Below are positions 47,176 through 57,320 of a stretch of DNA of 64,000 nucleotides, piece by piece (the stretch's first letter is position 1; each line of letters starts with the position of its first letter). A model generated the notes under the pieces. It had not been told where the DNA came from and did no database searches. It was given only the letters and a program-made list of their open reading frames with translations. The stretch lies in the IMG/VR virus record IMGVR_UViG_3300029237_000366. One strand, given 5' to 3'. The stretch is from a virus. Made by a program: the position numbers and the translations under genes.

Positions 47176-47259
47176 TGGTGCAGGATAAGAGACTTGAACT
47201 CTTACGCCAAAGGCAACGGGACTTGAATCCGCCGTGTCTGCCAATTCCACCAATCCTGC
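47176..47259 (-). tRNA. tRNA-Leu(CAA)-like (type II; the anticodon stem has one mismatch)
   Basis: 84 nt: GCAGGAT acceptor, AATTGGCAGA D-loop, loop TTCAAGT read as anticodon CAA, variable-arm hairpin GCC-TTT-GGC, AAGAG-TTCAAGT-CTCTT T-arm, CCA. With the alternative loop register the anticodon would be UCA. Confidence 0.6.
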
Positions 47260-47387
47260 GTATGAAAGTGGCCTTTAGGTCGGCCAACCACCATCTGACT
47301 AACTATTTTGTCATTACAAGCGTACTCTCTATTGGAAAGCCGTTAGCTTGTAATCTTGCCCCAGTCATGTTTGTTAGAAGGGCTCCG

Positions 47388-47474
47388 TGGTGCGGGTAGT
47401 GAGATTTGAACTCACACGCCCTAATGGGCACAAGCACCTCAAGCTTGCCTGTCTGCCGATTCCAGCATACCCGC
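47388..47474 (-). tRNA. tRNA-Leu(GAG)
   Basis: 87 nt: GCGGGTA acceptor, anticodon arm CAAGC-TTGAGGT-GCTTG, long variable arm, GTGAG-TTCAAAT-CTCAC T-arm, CCA. Confidence 0.8.
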
Positions 47475-47700
47475 ATAAAACCCAGAACCTTTTACTCGAC
47501 AATGAGGATAATGGAGCTTCCACGCCGTGGAAGGCACCACTTTCTGATTGTGGCACACTTCACTTCGGACTTCATGTAACGCTCGTCATCGATAGCTCCG
47601 TTGTACAGCGTCTCGCAGAAACCGTCTGTGTTGCGCCGAACCAGCAGGTTATCGACCTGAGAATCCAGCGAAAAGTGCGCTCTTATAAAATCCAAAACCG

Positions 47701-48129
47701 TCATGAGATGGCCTCCCTTGAGAAAGATTCAAAGAGCTTGTCAAACTCTGTTGTGTCAGCATCAAACTCGTCATCGTCATCAATGCGCTTAATATCACTT
47801 GGCGTAACAAACCATCCGTATCCATGAGAGCACGCCCCGTGACAGTCATGACCTCCATCGACTTTTTCGTTCCATCTGACTCCGATGTGCGGGGAGGACT
47901 CAACGATAACACAGATAACTCCCTGCATTCCAATAGCGATGCTATCATTATTGTCCGGCGAGTCCCGAACGCATTCGACCTTATCGCCGACATTGAGGGT
48001 ATCAGCAATCTTATCTTCGTCCATCTTCTTCCTCCTCAAAATGCTTGATGATTTCGGCAATGGAGTAATCATCCCACCATCCACCAGAATACTGGACGGC
48101 AGAACCGAAGAAACCCCGTTTAACGACAA
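47701..48129 (-). CDS. Hypothetical protein (GGHDCHGACSHGYGW motif)
   Basis: 142-aa ORF; conserved-looking CHGAC..GYGW block. Confidence 0.35.
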   Translation of the reverse strand: MSLNGVSSVLPSSILVDGGMITPLPKSSSILRRKKMDEDKIADTLNVGDKVECVRDSPDNNDSIAIGMQGVICVIVESSPHIGVRWNEKVDGGHDCHGACSHGYGWFVTPSDIKRIDDDDEFDADTTEFDKLFESFSREAIS

Positions 48130-48185
48130 CTGTCTTGTTGGGAATGTCGATATGTACTCTTATCCGACGCATTTTAACCCTCCAT

Positions 48186-48998
48186 TTATCTCCAGTTGGT
48201 GGACACACGGCCATCCGGATGGATGATGATATTGGAATAGCCGTCACCGTAATCATTGTGACGCTGCTGCCACATATCACCGAGTGTTACACGAGCGTGT
48301 TTTCCTGCATAGTCAAAGGTTGCATACACAAAGAAATCGCCGATTCTGAATGTATGCACATCGACATCTGCGTCCTGCTGCAAATCATTCCAAATATCTA
48401 CAGGGTAATCTTTCTTTTCAAGACCGCTCAGGAACCGAAAAGAAAAGCTGCTGGCATCCATCTTCATGTAGTCCTTGATAAAAGTAAGCGTAGGATTCTC
48501 AACTATCGTTTGGACAGTACACCCCGGAAAACCAGCCGGGTCTGTCCAGACATAGTCGTTGCGGGAAAGGTTGATGTGCGCCAGCCCATTCAGTTCCGTG
48601 CTGAAACCCGTAGTGTTGATGGAACAAAACACACCATTACCGTTCTTACGATAAGTCTCAACGATATTGGCGATGTGCTTGGGATAAAGGCCGGGTTCGC
48701 CGCCCGTGATAGACAACCGTGCGTTGGGATGCTCCAGCAAAACCCGCCTCAACGCCTCGATTTGTGCATCAAAATCATTGTCTCCCGACATGGGATTCTG
48801 TCGTTCCAAGCAGAAGGGGCAGTGGAACGGACACTCCTGTGTCGTAATCATCTGGACATTGATGCGATAATAGAGAGGGCGTCCGAGAGAAGTTCTGACA
48901 GTCCTGTTCGCCAGCCTATACTGCAAGTCGTTGCTCATTTCGGCTCGAATATCCTCGTAGGAAGATATGTATGGTATGTAGTTCATCTTGCTGCTCAT
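48186..48998 (-). CDS. Radical SAM enzyme
   Basis: CPFHCPFC (CxxxCxxC) near the N-terminus and a SAM-binding ITGGEP motif; 270 aa, no SPASM extension. Confidence 0.7.
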   Translation of the reverse strand: MSSKMNYIPYISSYEDIRAEMSNDLQYRLANRTVRTSLGRPLYYRINVQMITTQECPFHCPFCLERQNPMSGDNDFDAQIEALRRVLLEHPNARLSITGGEPGLYPKHIANIVETYRKNGNGVFCSINTTGFSTELNGLAHINLSRNDYVWTDPAGFPGCTVQTIVENPTLTFIKDYMKMDASSFSFRFLSGLEKKDYPVDIWNDLQQDADVDVHTFRIGDFFVYATFDYAGKHARVTLGDMWQQRHNDYGDGYSNIIIHPDGRVSTNWR

Positions 48999-49252
48999 CG
49001 GCGTCCCTCCTCATGAATTGTTCTTAGCCTCTACCCACCAAGAGAAAGGCTATAAATGCGACAAGAACCGTTATTACGACGCTGTCATAAGCTACTCGAA
49101 CATAGTTGTCGGTTCTCATTCGCTCCATCTTTGTACGGAGGCGCTGGATTTCTTCGTTCTTGCTTTCACGCTCAAATTTGTATCGGTAGTACGCATCACC
49201 AGATATAAAATCATTACGCTCCACGCTTTTGCCTCCTTACCAAAGTCATGTT

Positions 49253-49579
49253 TTATTGAATGCCGTCTACCCACAACTCTAAAGTGCGACGATTTGCGTA
49301 CTGTTTACAGAGCTCTTCGATGGACACACCATGTGCCTTTGCATCCGTTTTCATTGCCGTAAACTGGTCTCTGTATTTTTTGACTATCTTTTCAACGGCA
49401 AGAAAATGTTCTTTGTCTTTAGGATAGAAGGCAATATCATCAAGGCAAACACTACTTATATCTCCCGTGTGGCAAATTGCTTTCCAGCAATTTTTGCATG
49501 GCGCATCATCTATACTCACCATATGATTGATGCAGTCGCTGCAGTGGACAACCACTCCATTTACCTTAATTGGTTTCAT
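49253..49579 (-). CDS. Cys-rich hypothetical protein
   Basis: HCSDCINH..CKNCWKAICH. Confidence 0.3.
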   Translation of the reverse strand: MKPIKVNGVVVHCSDCINHMVSIDDAPCKNCWKAICHTGDISSVCLDDIAFYPKDKEHFLAVEKIVKKYRDQFTAMKTDAKAHGVSIEELCKQYANRRTLELWVDGIQ

Positions 49580-49602
49580 TGGTCGCTCCTCCTTTTATGA
49601 GG

Positions 49603-49678
49603 TGGTGGAGATAGCCGGACTCGAACCGGCGACCCTCTGCGTGCAAAGCAGATGCTCTCCCAACTGAGCTATATCCCC
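49603..49678 (-). tRNA. tRNA-Ala(TGC)
   Basis: 76 nt: GGGGATA acceptor with the G3-U70 pair, anticodon loop TTTGCAC, GCCGG-TTCGAGT-CCGGC T-arm, CCA. Confidence 0.85.
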
Positions 49679-49805
49679 ATACTTTTACGGCATAAAACCC
49701 AAGTCAACTCCGCCGTTTGATGTTCCCCACACTAATACCTCAATGCTTCGGATTGCATCAATAAGCCTTGCGCTCCGATACTCAAGGAATGAACATCGTT
49801 CCCGC

Positions 49806-49885
49806 TGGTGCCGAGAGCCGGTCTTGAACCGCCATTATAGCCTGATGTTGACAGCACTATGTTTTACCAATTAAACTACCTCGGC
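49806..49885 (-). tRNA. tRNA-Asp(GTC)-like, non-canonical (80 nt, extended variable region, imperfect stems)
   Basis: GCCGAGG/TCTCGGC acceptor, anticodon loop CTGTCAA, T-loop TTCAAGA, CCA; the anticodon and T-stems each carry a mismatch. Confidence 0.5.
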
Positions 49886-49920
49886 AAAAAGCGCCGCCGT
49901 TTTTTCGGCGGCGCTAAAAA
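49886..49920 (-). terminator. Rho-independent terminator (minus-strand sense; the palindrome is flanked by A/T runs)
   Basis: AAAAA-GCGCCGCCG-TTTTTT-CGGCGGCGC-TAAAAA perfect palindrome. Confidence 0.5.
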
Positions 49921-50471
49921 CTCATTCAATCTATCTCACTTAATCTCCGCTACATTTGAATTAGGGCTGGTCTCGTGCTTTTCCCATAGTAGAGCCTCCT
50001 AACTACATCCCATGTGGTGCGCCGAATGTCGGCGCTGTTGAAGCATTAGGTATTGCAGATTGAACTGCTTTATATAAACAACTCGCTACCGTCCAGCCAA
50101 GTGGTACTCCCTGCGGTCACATATACACCCGACGAACCATCAATCTTGGATTTTATAAAAGGTTGGTGTTTATGCTTTAAGGCTTGAGCTTTGTTCAAAG
50201 AAAATCTTTAAGCGTTGAGCCTTTAACCTTCAGCTTTGATTTTTGAGTTTTACAGTGATGCTTCACCAGAACCAAGCCGACATTCATCTTATGTCGCTTG
50301 ATTGCAGTGACTCTTTTCATCATAATTTGATTTTGTAAAACCCATTACAAAAGCAGTATAGACAGCTTAGCAGGCTGGAGCCAAATTCTTTTTTACTTTA
50401 CTTATCTGTATTTGGCGGAAACAGAGAAGGTATATGATTCAGGGTTTTCGGGCGGCAGCGAAGTTGATTGC

Positions 50472-51113
50472 TTAATAGGCGATTTCCAGCTCAGTCAGAG
50501 CGTTGGACACAGACAGAGCGGAATCAATCTCGACAACGAAGTCATTGATTTCCTTTTCCAGCGTAGTCAGCTCTGTCGTAATGTTGATGGGGTCAACAAT
50601 CTCCATCGTCTGAGCGGCGATAAAGTCAGCGCGAACCTTTTTGATTTCGTCGCTGGCACCCTTCATATCAACATTGCCGTAGAGGGACTTGACATACTCG
50701 TCGGCACGCATCTCCAGCATATCGCCGTTGTTCTTATCCGCCTCAAGACGGGCACGGCGATTGTCATTGTCCAGCTTCTTGAGAAGCAACTGCTTCAGCG
50801 GGATACCGTGGTTCTTCATCTCGATTGCCTCGGCAACCGTGTACTCTTTGCCACCAATCGTCACCTTAACAGTAGCGTTGGACAGCGTAACCGCACGCTT
50901 GATAGCGTCGCGGCGAGCGATGAGGTCTTTTGCCGACTGATATGCAGCACGAATCTCCTCGCTGTAAGTGCCGATGCTAACACCAGCAACCTTGTTGTTG
51001 CTGTGCTTGTTGGCAAAAACGAATGTACTCTGCTGGACGCTCTTCTGGATACGAGCATCGAGCGTCTTCAGCTCACAGAGCGCCTTATGGACGGTCATCT
51101 TTTCAGTGGTCAT
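50472..51113 (-). CDS. Hypothetical protein
   Basis: 213-aa ORF; first gene after an 800-nt ORF-free region. Confidence 0.4.
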   Translation of the reverse strand: MTTEKMTVHKALCELKTLDARIQKSVQQSTFVFANKHSNNKVAGVSIGTYSEEIRAAYQSAKDLIARRDAIKRAVTLSNATVKVTIGGKEYTVAEAIEMKNHGIPLKQLLLKKLDNDNRRARLEADKNNGDMLEMRADEYVKSLYGNVDMKGASDEIKKVRADFIAAQTMEIVDPINITTELTTLEKEINDFVVEIDSALSVSNALTELEIAY

Positions 51114-51146
51114 AACTTGTTCTCCTAATCTTTGATTTTTGATAGA

Positions 51147-51428
51147 TTACTTGCCGCGTTCAACGGCTGCTTTCAGCCCTTCGCTGGGCTTGAAGAATGG
51201 TACCCGTTTGGCAGGAATCGGGACAGGCACATTGGCTTTGGGATTTCTGCCGACCCTCGGCGCTCGTTCTCTTGCCTCAAAAACGCCCAGCTCCGTCAGC
51301 TTGATTTTCTCACCGGCAGACAAAGTGTCTGTGATGATTTGAAAAACAGCATCCAAAGCGACACGGGCGTTTACCTTTGTCATCCCTGTACGGTGTGCGA
51401 GAGCAGAAATCATCTCTTCCTTGTTCAA
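51147..51428 (-). CDS. HU/IHF-family DNA-binding protein
   Basis: RVGRNPKANVPVPIPAKRVPFFKPSEGLKAAV matches the HU arm and C-terminus. Confidence 0.8.
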   Translation of the reverse strand: MNKEEMISALAHRTGMTKVNARVALDAVFQIITDTLSAGEKIKLTELGVFEARERAPRVGRNPKANVPVPIPAKRVPFFKPSEGLKAAVERGK

Positions 51429-51469
51429 TAAATCAGCCCCTTTCCTTTATTGGATGAACCGTAAGCCAG

Positions 51470-51856
51470 TCAACCCGCTTTCAGTTCGCTATATGCTTCC
51501 TGCATGGTATCGGCAGAAAACTGAAACTCGCCATCGAGAAAAACCTCGATATGCCCATTGATATGACGGAACTCATACATACCGCCGACCTCCAATCCTC
51601 TATCAAGAATGAAATCATATCGTTCCATAATGTCATCTATGTAATTGTTGTCAGGGTTATATACCATATAGGACAGAAAAACTGTTCCATCCCGCATCTG
51701 GTAATCCCAAATCTTGTACGGGATATAGCAGCCATCTGTCGGGCAGGCAATATACCATTTGTGGATTGGCGGCTTTAGGCATAAGAAAAACCGCCGGACG
51801 ATTACCCATTCTACAAAACTGCCAGCATTGGCATGGGTTCGGCGGCGGTTCTTCAA
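51470..51856 (-). CDS. Hypothetical protein
   Basis: 128-aa ORF. Confidence 0.3.
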   Translation of the reverse strand: MKNRRRTHANAGSFVEWVIVRRFFLCLKPPIHKWYIACPTDGCYIPYKIWDYQMRDGTVFLSYMVYNPDNNYIDDIMERYDFILDRGLEVGGMYEFRHINGHIEVFLDGEFQFSADTMQEAYSELKAG

Positions 51857-51865
51857 AACCCGCAG

Positions 51866-52615
51866 TTAGTTGTCTTTCTTGGTACGATAGTCCAACTCGT
51901 AGGACTTGCCGGTGACGATGCGATGGCAAACCTCAGCCAGATAATTGCGGAAATACCGGTGATTGGAACAGGTGACGGTCAGAGCCTTGCGGTTCTTCTT
52001 GGAATACACGGACATCAGGAAGTTGACATCGTGAGATGTCGCCTTATACTGTTCGCCCAGCATGGCGGTGATAACCGTCTGCAAAGTCTTGAGCAGATTG
52101 GTCTTGCTCACGGGGTTCTTGCCCATGTCAAACTCGCGGGCAATCTCGCTCATAGCGTAACTGTCGTTGACCGCTTTGGGGTCGATACCCAAATCCACGG
52201 CTTTCTGTGCGGTCAGCAGAAAGTTCATCTTCTGGGCGATATGCGCCCAATTCTCGTTGGCACCGATTTTGCCGCAATACTTGTGGAGCTTGAGCAGGTC
52301 AATCTGACGCTCTTTATCCACGATAGTGCGGACAGGAACCTTGTCATCGCCCTTCTGCTCGTCCTTGACCCCGATGGTAACATAGGACAAGGTCGTGACT
52401 GCGGTGAGCATGGGATTATCAGTGTTTTTGCAGTCCTCAAAGCACATATCCCGGACAGTAGCGGTGTACTCATTGACCTTTTCGGTCATAGCCTTTTCCG
52501 CTTTGGTTGCGTCCTCATACTTGCCGTTCTGGATTGCATCATTGTAATCCTTGACAAGGGCTTCGGCGTCAGAGCGCAACTGTGCCAATTTGGCGATGTT
52601 TTCTTCTCTGGTCAT
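51866..52615 (-). CDS. Hypothetical protein
   Basis: 249-aa ORF with a GAAAGGGG RBS. Confidence 0.4.
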   Translation of the reverse strand: MTREENIAKLAQLRSDAEALVKDYNDAIQNGKYEDATKAEKAMTEKVNEYTATVRDMCFEDCKNTDNPMLTAVTTLSYVTIGVKDEQKGDDKVPVRTIVDKERQIDLLKLHKYCGKIGANENWAHIAQKMNFLLTAQKAVDLGIDPKAVNDSYAMSEIAREFDMGKNPVSKTNLLKTLQTVITAMLGEQYKATSHDVNFLMSVYSKKNRKALTVTCSNHRYFRNYLAEVCHRIVTGKSYELDYRTKKDN

Positions 52616-53177
52616 TTTGAAATGCCCCTTTCACAGTTTTTTCTTGGGTGATAACAGGTTTATCACTCAATGAAGCCGCCGAAGAAAACCCTCGGCGGCT
52701 CTATCAATGATAAACCCGATATTTGAAATGGTTCCGGCTCTGCATTTCGGCGCATGGGGTATATTTTTCCCCACAGCCGTTGCAGTATCGAACGGAACAC
52801 GCACCATTTCCGATACTCATTTCTATCGGGGACTGTTCTGTTCAATTCGCAATACTTGACCAAATTCGGCTTTCATATCTATATGCCCTTGCTTTCGGCT
52901 CCTCGGAGCACAATACCCTTGGGTAGAAAACTCGGACGATACTACTTACTTTCAAAAGTCGTTCTTGTATAGCCATCAGTTATGCAAGCCGCACTTAGGT
53001 TCATAGGCGCAAACCTCCGGGGATTTTCACTATCTCGTACCATGAGCCTAACTCTCATGCACCGGCGACGCCTTTGATAGCAAAGGTACTCTATTGACAT
53101 TCGCTCAATAGTGCGTTGGCTTGCCATTCCCGGAAGTGGCGAACATCTCCGCTTGTATTCCGTGGCTTGCCTTGCGG

Positions 53178-53289
53178 GGTCTTGCCCTGCACCCTTAACC
53201 GCAAGGGGTGTACCCTGTGAGCGGCGGGGCGGCGGGGTCTTGCCCTGCACCCTTAACCGCAAGGGGTGTACCCTGTGAGCGGCGGGGCG
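53178..53289. repeat. Exact 56-bp tandem duplication (2 copies) in the GC-rich insertion
   Basis: GGTCTTGCCCTGCACCCTTAACCGCAAGGGGTGTACCCTGTGAGCGGCGGGGCGGCGG occurs twice in direct tandem; the AACCGCAAGGGGTGTACCCTGT core recurs at 54514-54535. Confidence 0.6.
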
Positions 53290-53324
53290 GCGGGTGTTCC
53301 TTGCGGTTGCGGGTGGTCTGTCCA

Positions 53325-53360
53325 AAAGAAAAGGGCGGGGGCTTTTCGCCCCCGCCTTTC
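53325..53360 (-). terminator. Rho-independent terminator downstream of the regulator gene
   Basis: The GGCGGGGGC-GAAAAG-CCCCCGCC hairpin is followed by TTTTCTTTT on the minus strand. Confidence 0.45.
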
Positions 53361-53379
53361 GTGCGGTGTTGTGTTCGGT

Positions 53380-54369
53380 TTAGTCCTGTGCGGTGGTCAG
53401 TCCGTGCGGGGTCAGTCCCGCCGCCGTGGCTTTCGTCTGTATCTGTCCCACGGTCTTTGCAATCGCCCTTTGCGTTACGCCTAAATAGGTTGCTATCGCC
53501 TTGTATCCCTTGCCCTGCATACGCAAGCGGAGAATTTGCGCTTGTCTGTCGGTCAAGTTCAGACTTGCGACAAGCGTTTCATAATCGGCGGCGGCTTGTC
53601 TGTCGGTGGTGTAATTGCCGTTACAATCGTACCCGCCTAAATCGGTGTACTTGCCCATACGGTAGTAAATATTGTCCAGTCCGTCCGCTGTCATATCCTC
53701 TATGTAGCTGTACCCGTTGCGGGGGTCAGTCTGGACGGCGCGGGAATTTTGGACGGCCTGCCTCACAGCCCTGTAAACCTCTTGAATGGGGGTTGTTTCA
53801 TCGTCCCTATATGCGGCACTTTCGTCCGAACGGATATAGACACGGCGGGACAGGCGGCGAACAATGTACTTGCTGTCAAGCCAGCTTTCGCCGTTGGCGT
53901 GTTCGGCGGCTTGTTCCAAAATGGCAAGGGCGGCGGTCTGCACAAGGTCTACACCGTCGGAAAGGGTTGTTTCCATAAGGTCAACAAGGGCGGCGGCGGC
54001 GTCCTTGTCCGCCGTGACGGTCACTAAATCGCCGTCGGCGTTGTAGGTTGTGGCGGTTGCGGCGTTGGCGTTGCGGCGGGTGTTGTCCAGCGTGGCAAGG
54101 TCAGCGGCTATGCCTCTTTTCAGTGCTACCATAGCGGGATTAAATCCGGTGTTGCTTGCGGTGTCCCGCTGTGCGGCGGTCTTGCGCTGTGGGTCAATAC
54201 ACTTGTTGATGACAGAATATGCAACGGCGGTTGCAAGGGCGGTCAATTCCTGTGCGGTGTCCTTGCCCTGTGCAAGGGCGGTTTCATAGTTGCGCTTGAC
54301 GGTTTCAAAGGTGGTTGCGGTGGTGGTGTTGGCTTTCGCCTGTGCGGTTGCTTTCGTGTTCGTGTTCAT
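53380..54369 (-). CDS. Transcriptional regulator with a C-terminal sigma-70 region-4/LuxR-type HTH
   Basis: C-terminus LTDRQAQILRLRMQGKGYKAIATYLGVTQRAIAKTV; start set at the internal Met (MNTNTK, AAGGAA RBS); the DNA is GC-rich, unlike the surroundings. Confidence 0.5.
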   Translation of the reverse strand: MNTNTKATAQAKANTTTATTFETVKRNYETALAQGKDTAQELTALATAVAYSVINKCIDPQRKTAAQRDTASNTGFNPAMVALKRGIAADLATLDNTRRNANAATATTYNADGDLVTVTADKDAAAALVDLMETTLSDGVDLVQTAALAILEQAAEHANGESWLDSKYIVRRLSRRVYIRSDESAAYRDDETTPIQEVYRAVRQAVQNSRAVQTDPRNGYSYIEDMTADGLDNIYYRMGKYTDLGGYDCNGNYTTDRQAAADYETLVASLNLTDRQAQILRLRMQGKGYKAIATYLGVTQRAIAKTVGQIQTKATAAGLTPHGLTTAQD

Positions 54370-54986
54370 CTTGTGTTTCCTTTCTGCCGTTGGTGTTTTT
54401 GGCTTGCGGTGGTGTTGTGGCGTTGTGGTGTCCCGCTTGCCTTGTTCGGCATGAACAAGTATAGCACCACTTGCATACAATGTCAACACAATTTTTTGAC
54501 ATACACACATAGCCGCAAGGGGTGTACCCTGTTGCAACCGTCCCCGCCTTGCTTGCCGCCTGTCGTGCCGCCGTTGCCGCTGTGGTGTCTACTTGCCTTT
54601 TCGGTGCTATGGCAAGTAGGGGGGTGGTTATGGTCTTTTCAGCCCCTGCCGACAGCGTAAACAGATGTAGTCGGTTCATCTGACCCAAACCATCACTATT
54701 TATTGCAAGCCCAACACGCCTTGATTTTACTTGCTTTCTCGGCAAAGAATGTCCAGAGGAACATGATTGGTTAAGCCCTTTGCGTGGATGCTTGTGAGGA
54801 GGATTCAACTTGTCCAAAAGAGAAAAGGGCTTAACTACGCCGCCTGTTATTTATACTTCTGTTTTTCACTGTTTTTCCTATGTTGTCTACTAATTATACT
54901 TACATTCCATAAAGGAATGTGGTATAATATCGGTATAATCAAGATAATTAAATAGACTACATTTTGATTGAGAAAGGAGAGCTACG

Positions 54987-55814
54987 ATGGCTAAGATAAT
55001 CCACATCGACTTCACACAGGAGGCTAAGCCCTCAACTGTCATCGACATCGCCACCGTCCAGCAGAGCTGTCGTAAGCTCAAGGCTGGCCTCATCGCCCCC
55101 GCTGCTGAAGAGGTACATACCGACCTTGCTGTCGAGCACTCCGCTGAACCTATCAAGAGCATGGATGACATCATCCGCATCTCTCAGTTCCTGATTGGAC
55201 AAAAGCGGTTCAGAGATAATATGCTGTTCATTGTTGGTATCAACTTTGGACTTCGTATCAGCGACCTCCGTATGCTTCGGTTCACTTACATCATCAATGA
55301 TGATTGTACTTTTCGCGACCGCTTTCCGGTTCTGGAGAAGAAGACGAGAAACACCCGCAAGCGTCAGCGCAACCGCTACATCACCATCAACACAGCAGTT
55401 GTAGAAGCTGTGACCCTGTACCTTGAGAACACGCCCGGAGTTCACCTCAGCGACTATATGTTCCGCAGCCAGTCTAATAATGGAGTGAACGAAAACAAGC
55501 CTATCAGCAAGCAGGCCGTTGACCTTATGCTTAAGGGTATCGCTAAAGACCTTGGCCTTGGTAATCGTATGGCGACCCACACACTGCGTAAGACCTTCGC
55601 CTATCATCAGATGGTGATGAGCGGTAACGACCCCCGCAAGCTGCTGCTCCTCCAGAAGATATTCGGTCACTCCACCGCTGCTCAGACTTTGGATTACATC
55701 GGTATCACCAGCGAAGAGATTGATGAAGCCTATCGGAACCTCAACCTCGGCAGCGTCAATCACAACTATCTGGTCGATAGTGACATTGGAGAGACTGAGA
55801 TTTTGATGGCCTGA
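54987..55814 (+). CDS. Tyrosine recombinase/integrase (small, catalytic domain only)
   Basis: GLRISDL (Arg I), HTLRKTFAYH (HxxR), GHSTAAQTLDYIG (catalytic Tyr); preceded by an extended -10 (TGGTATAAT) and an ACATTCC..GGAATGT palindrome. Confidence 0.85.
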   Translation: MAKIIHIDFTQEAKPSTVIDIATVQQSCRKLKAGLIAPAAEEVHTDLAVEHSAEPIKSMDDIIRISQFLIGQKRFRDNMLFIVGINFGLRISDLRMLRFTYIINDDCTFRDRFPVLEKKTRNTRKRQRNRYITINTAVVEAVTLYLENTPGVHLSDYMFRSQSNNGVNENKPISKQAVDLMLKGIAKDLGLGNRMATHTLRKTFAYHQMVMSGNDPRKLLLLQKIFGHSTAAQTLDYIGITSEEIDEAYRNLNLGSVNHNYLVDSDIGETEILMA

Positions 55815-56102
55815 TGACCATCTGCTGCACCTTGATAATCGCATATCGGATAAACAAGTTAGGACACACCGAGTGTCCTGGCCGTTTTGGAAAGTCCTTG
55901 TGTTGCAAGGATTTTCGATTCAAAGGTTATAAAGAAGGAGGAGTTTGAAAAAAGAGCTATTAAAAAAGCTACTCAAAGCAGGTTACAGGAGCTGCGTTGA
56001 TAGCGACAGTATAACCAGTCGAGCGGCTTTTTTGTGTCCTAAAATTTTTTGGATGGTTTGGTTAATCAAAAATACGCAGAAAGGATGTGATGACACCACC
56101 CA

Positions 56103-57320
56103 ATGAACCAGATAACTATTGTTGACGCCCGTATGGGCAGAGGTAAATCGTCGGCAGCTATTCGTTACATGAACCGGCACAAGGACAGCAAGCGGTTTTT
56201 GTACATCACCCCATATCTGGACGAGGTCGGGCGTATCTGCGAACGCTGCGACTTTGACCAGCCGGACAGTGACCACATGAGCAAGTCATCTGAGTTGAAG
56301 CTCCACCTTCGTCTTGGACACAATGTCTCCGCAACGCATTCGCTGTTTTATCTGATGGACGACGAGGCGCTGAAGCTAATTCGAGAGAAGCACTATTCTC
56401 TTATCGTAGATGAGAGCATCCAGGTGATAGAGAGGTTGAATATCACTGATAAAGATTTCGACCTGATTGTCACACAGCTCGCTGAAGTTTTAGAAGACGG
56501 ATGCATCCAGTGGAAAGATGAGGAGTACACCGGGCGGTTTAGCGATTACAAGGAGATGGCAAACACCCGCTCACTATTCCGGCTGGACAATGCGCTGCTG
56601 AACATTCTTAACCCAGAACTACTTCGCTCATTTGATGAAGTGTTCATGCTGACCTATCTTTTCAATGGGCAGTACCAGAAAGCATACCTGGATTATTTCG
56701 GGTTTGACTACAGAGTAGTTGGTGTGGAGAGCGACGCCAATGGCTATCGATTCTCTGACAGGCCGGACGAACCGCCGCCCTTGGATTACCACGACCTGAT
56801 ACATATTGTGGACAGCCCAAAACTCAATGCTGTTGGGGACAAGACTTATACCCTGTCCAAGTCATGGTACGACAAACGGGGGTATAACAACGCTGAGATT
56901 CGCACGCTGCGAAACGGCATGAAGAAGTTCTTTCAAAGTGTCCAAGGCGGTGGTCAGGATACACGACTGTGGACTTGCTACAAGAGCGATGTAAACAAAC
57001 TGGTGGACAGCAAAACAGGAAGGTTCCGAAAGAACTTTTTACAGACCAGTGCCAGAGCGACCAATGAGTACAAAGACCGTACCGATGTGGCATACATGGT
57101 CAACCGGTTTGCAGACCCCAACATCATGAAATTCTTCCATGCCCAGAATATTACTATTGATGCGGATGCCTTCGCACTGTCAGAGATGCTGCAGTGGATA
57201 TGGAGAAGCGCCATTCGTGATGACCGCCCCATTAACCTATACATACCGAGCAAGCGCATGAGAGAGTTGCTCATAAATTGGATAGACACAACGAACGGAG
57301 GAAAGACGATTGCAGAATAG
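56103..57320 (+). CDS. P-loop NTPase (putative helicase or replication-initiation ATPase)
   Basis: Walker A VDARMGRGKSSAAI and Walker B LIVDESIQ. Confidence 0.5.
   Translation: MNQITIVDARMGRGKSSAAIRYMNRHKDSKRFLYITPYLDEVGRICERCDFDQPDSDHMSKSSELKLHLRLGHNVSATHSLFYLMDDEALKLIREKHYSLIVDESIQVIERLNITDKDFDLIVTQLAEVLEDGCIQWKDEEYTGRFSDYKEMANTRSLFRLDNALLNILNPELLRSFDEVFMLTYLFNGQYQKAYLDYFGFDYRVVGVESDANGYRFSDRPDEPPPLDYHDLIHIVDSPKLNAVGDKTYTLSKSWYDKRGYNNAEIRTLRNGMKKFFQSVQGGGQDTRLWTCYKSDVNKLVDSKTGRFRKNFLQTSARATNEYKDRTDVAYMVNRFADPNIMKFFHAQNITIDADAFALSEMLQWIWRSAIRDDRPINLYIPSKRMRELLINWIDTTNGGKTIAE

Noticed and set aside
49976-50002. A tiny 8-codon ORF (MGKARDQP) with a perfect AGGAGG RBS ahead of the bidirectional terminator, possibly a leader peptide
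   Set aside because: It is too short to evaluate and no attenuator-like alternative structures were seen. Noted only
53208-53978. A 256-aa plus-strand ORF in the GC-rich insertion
   Set aside because: It is antisense to the HTH regulator gene, has an Arg/Gly/Pro-rich composition typical of GC-rich shadow frames, and has no RBS
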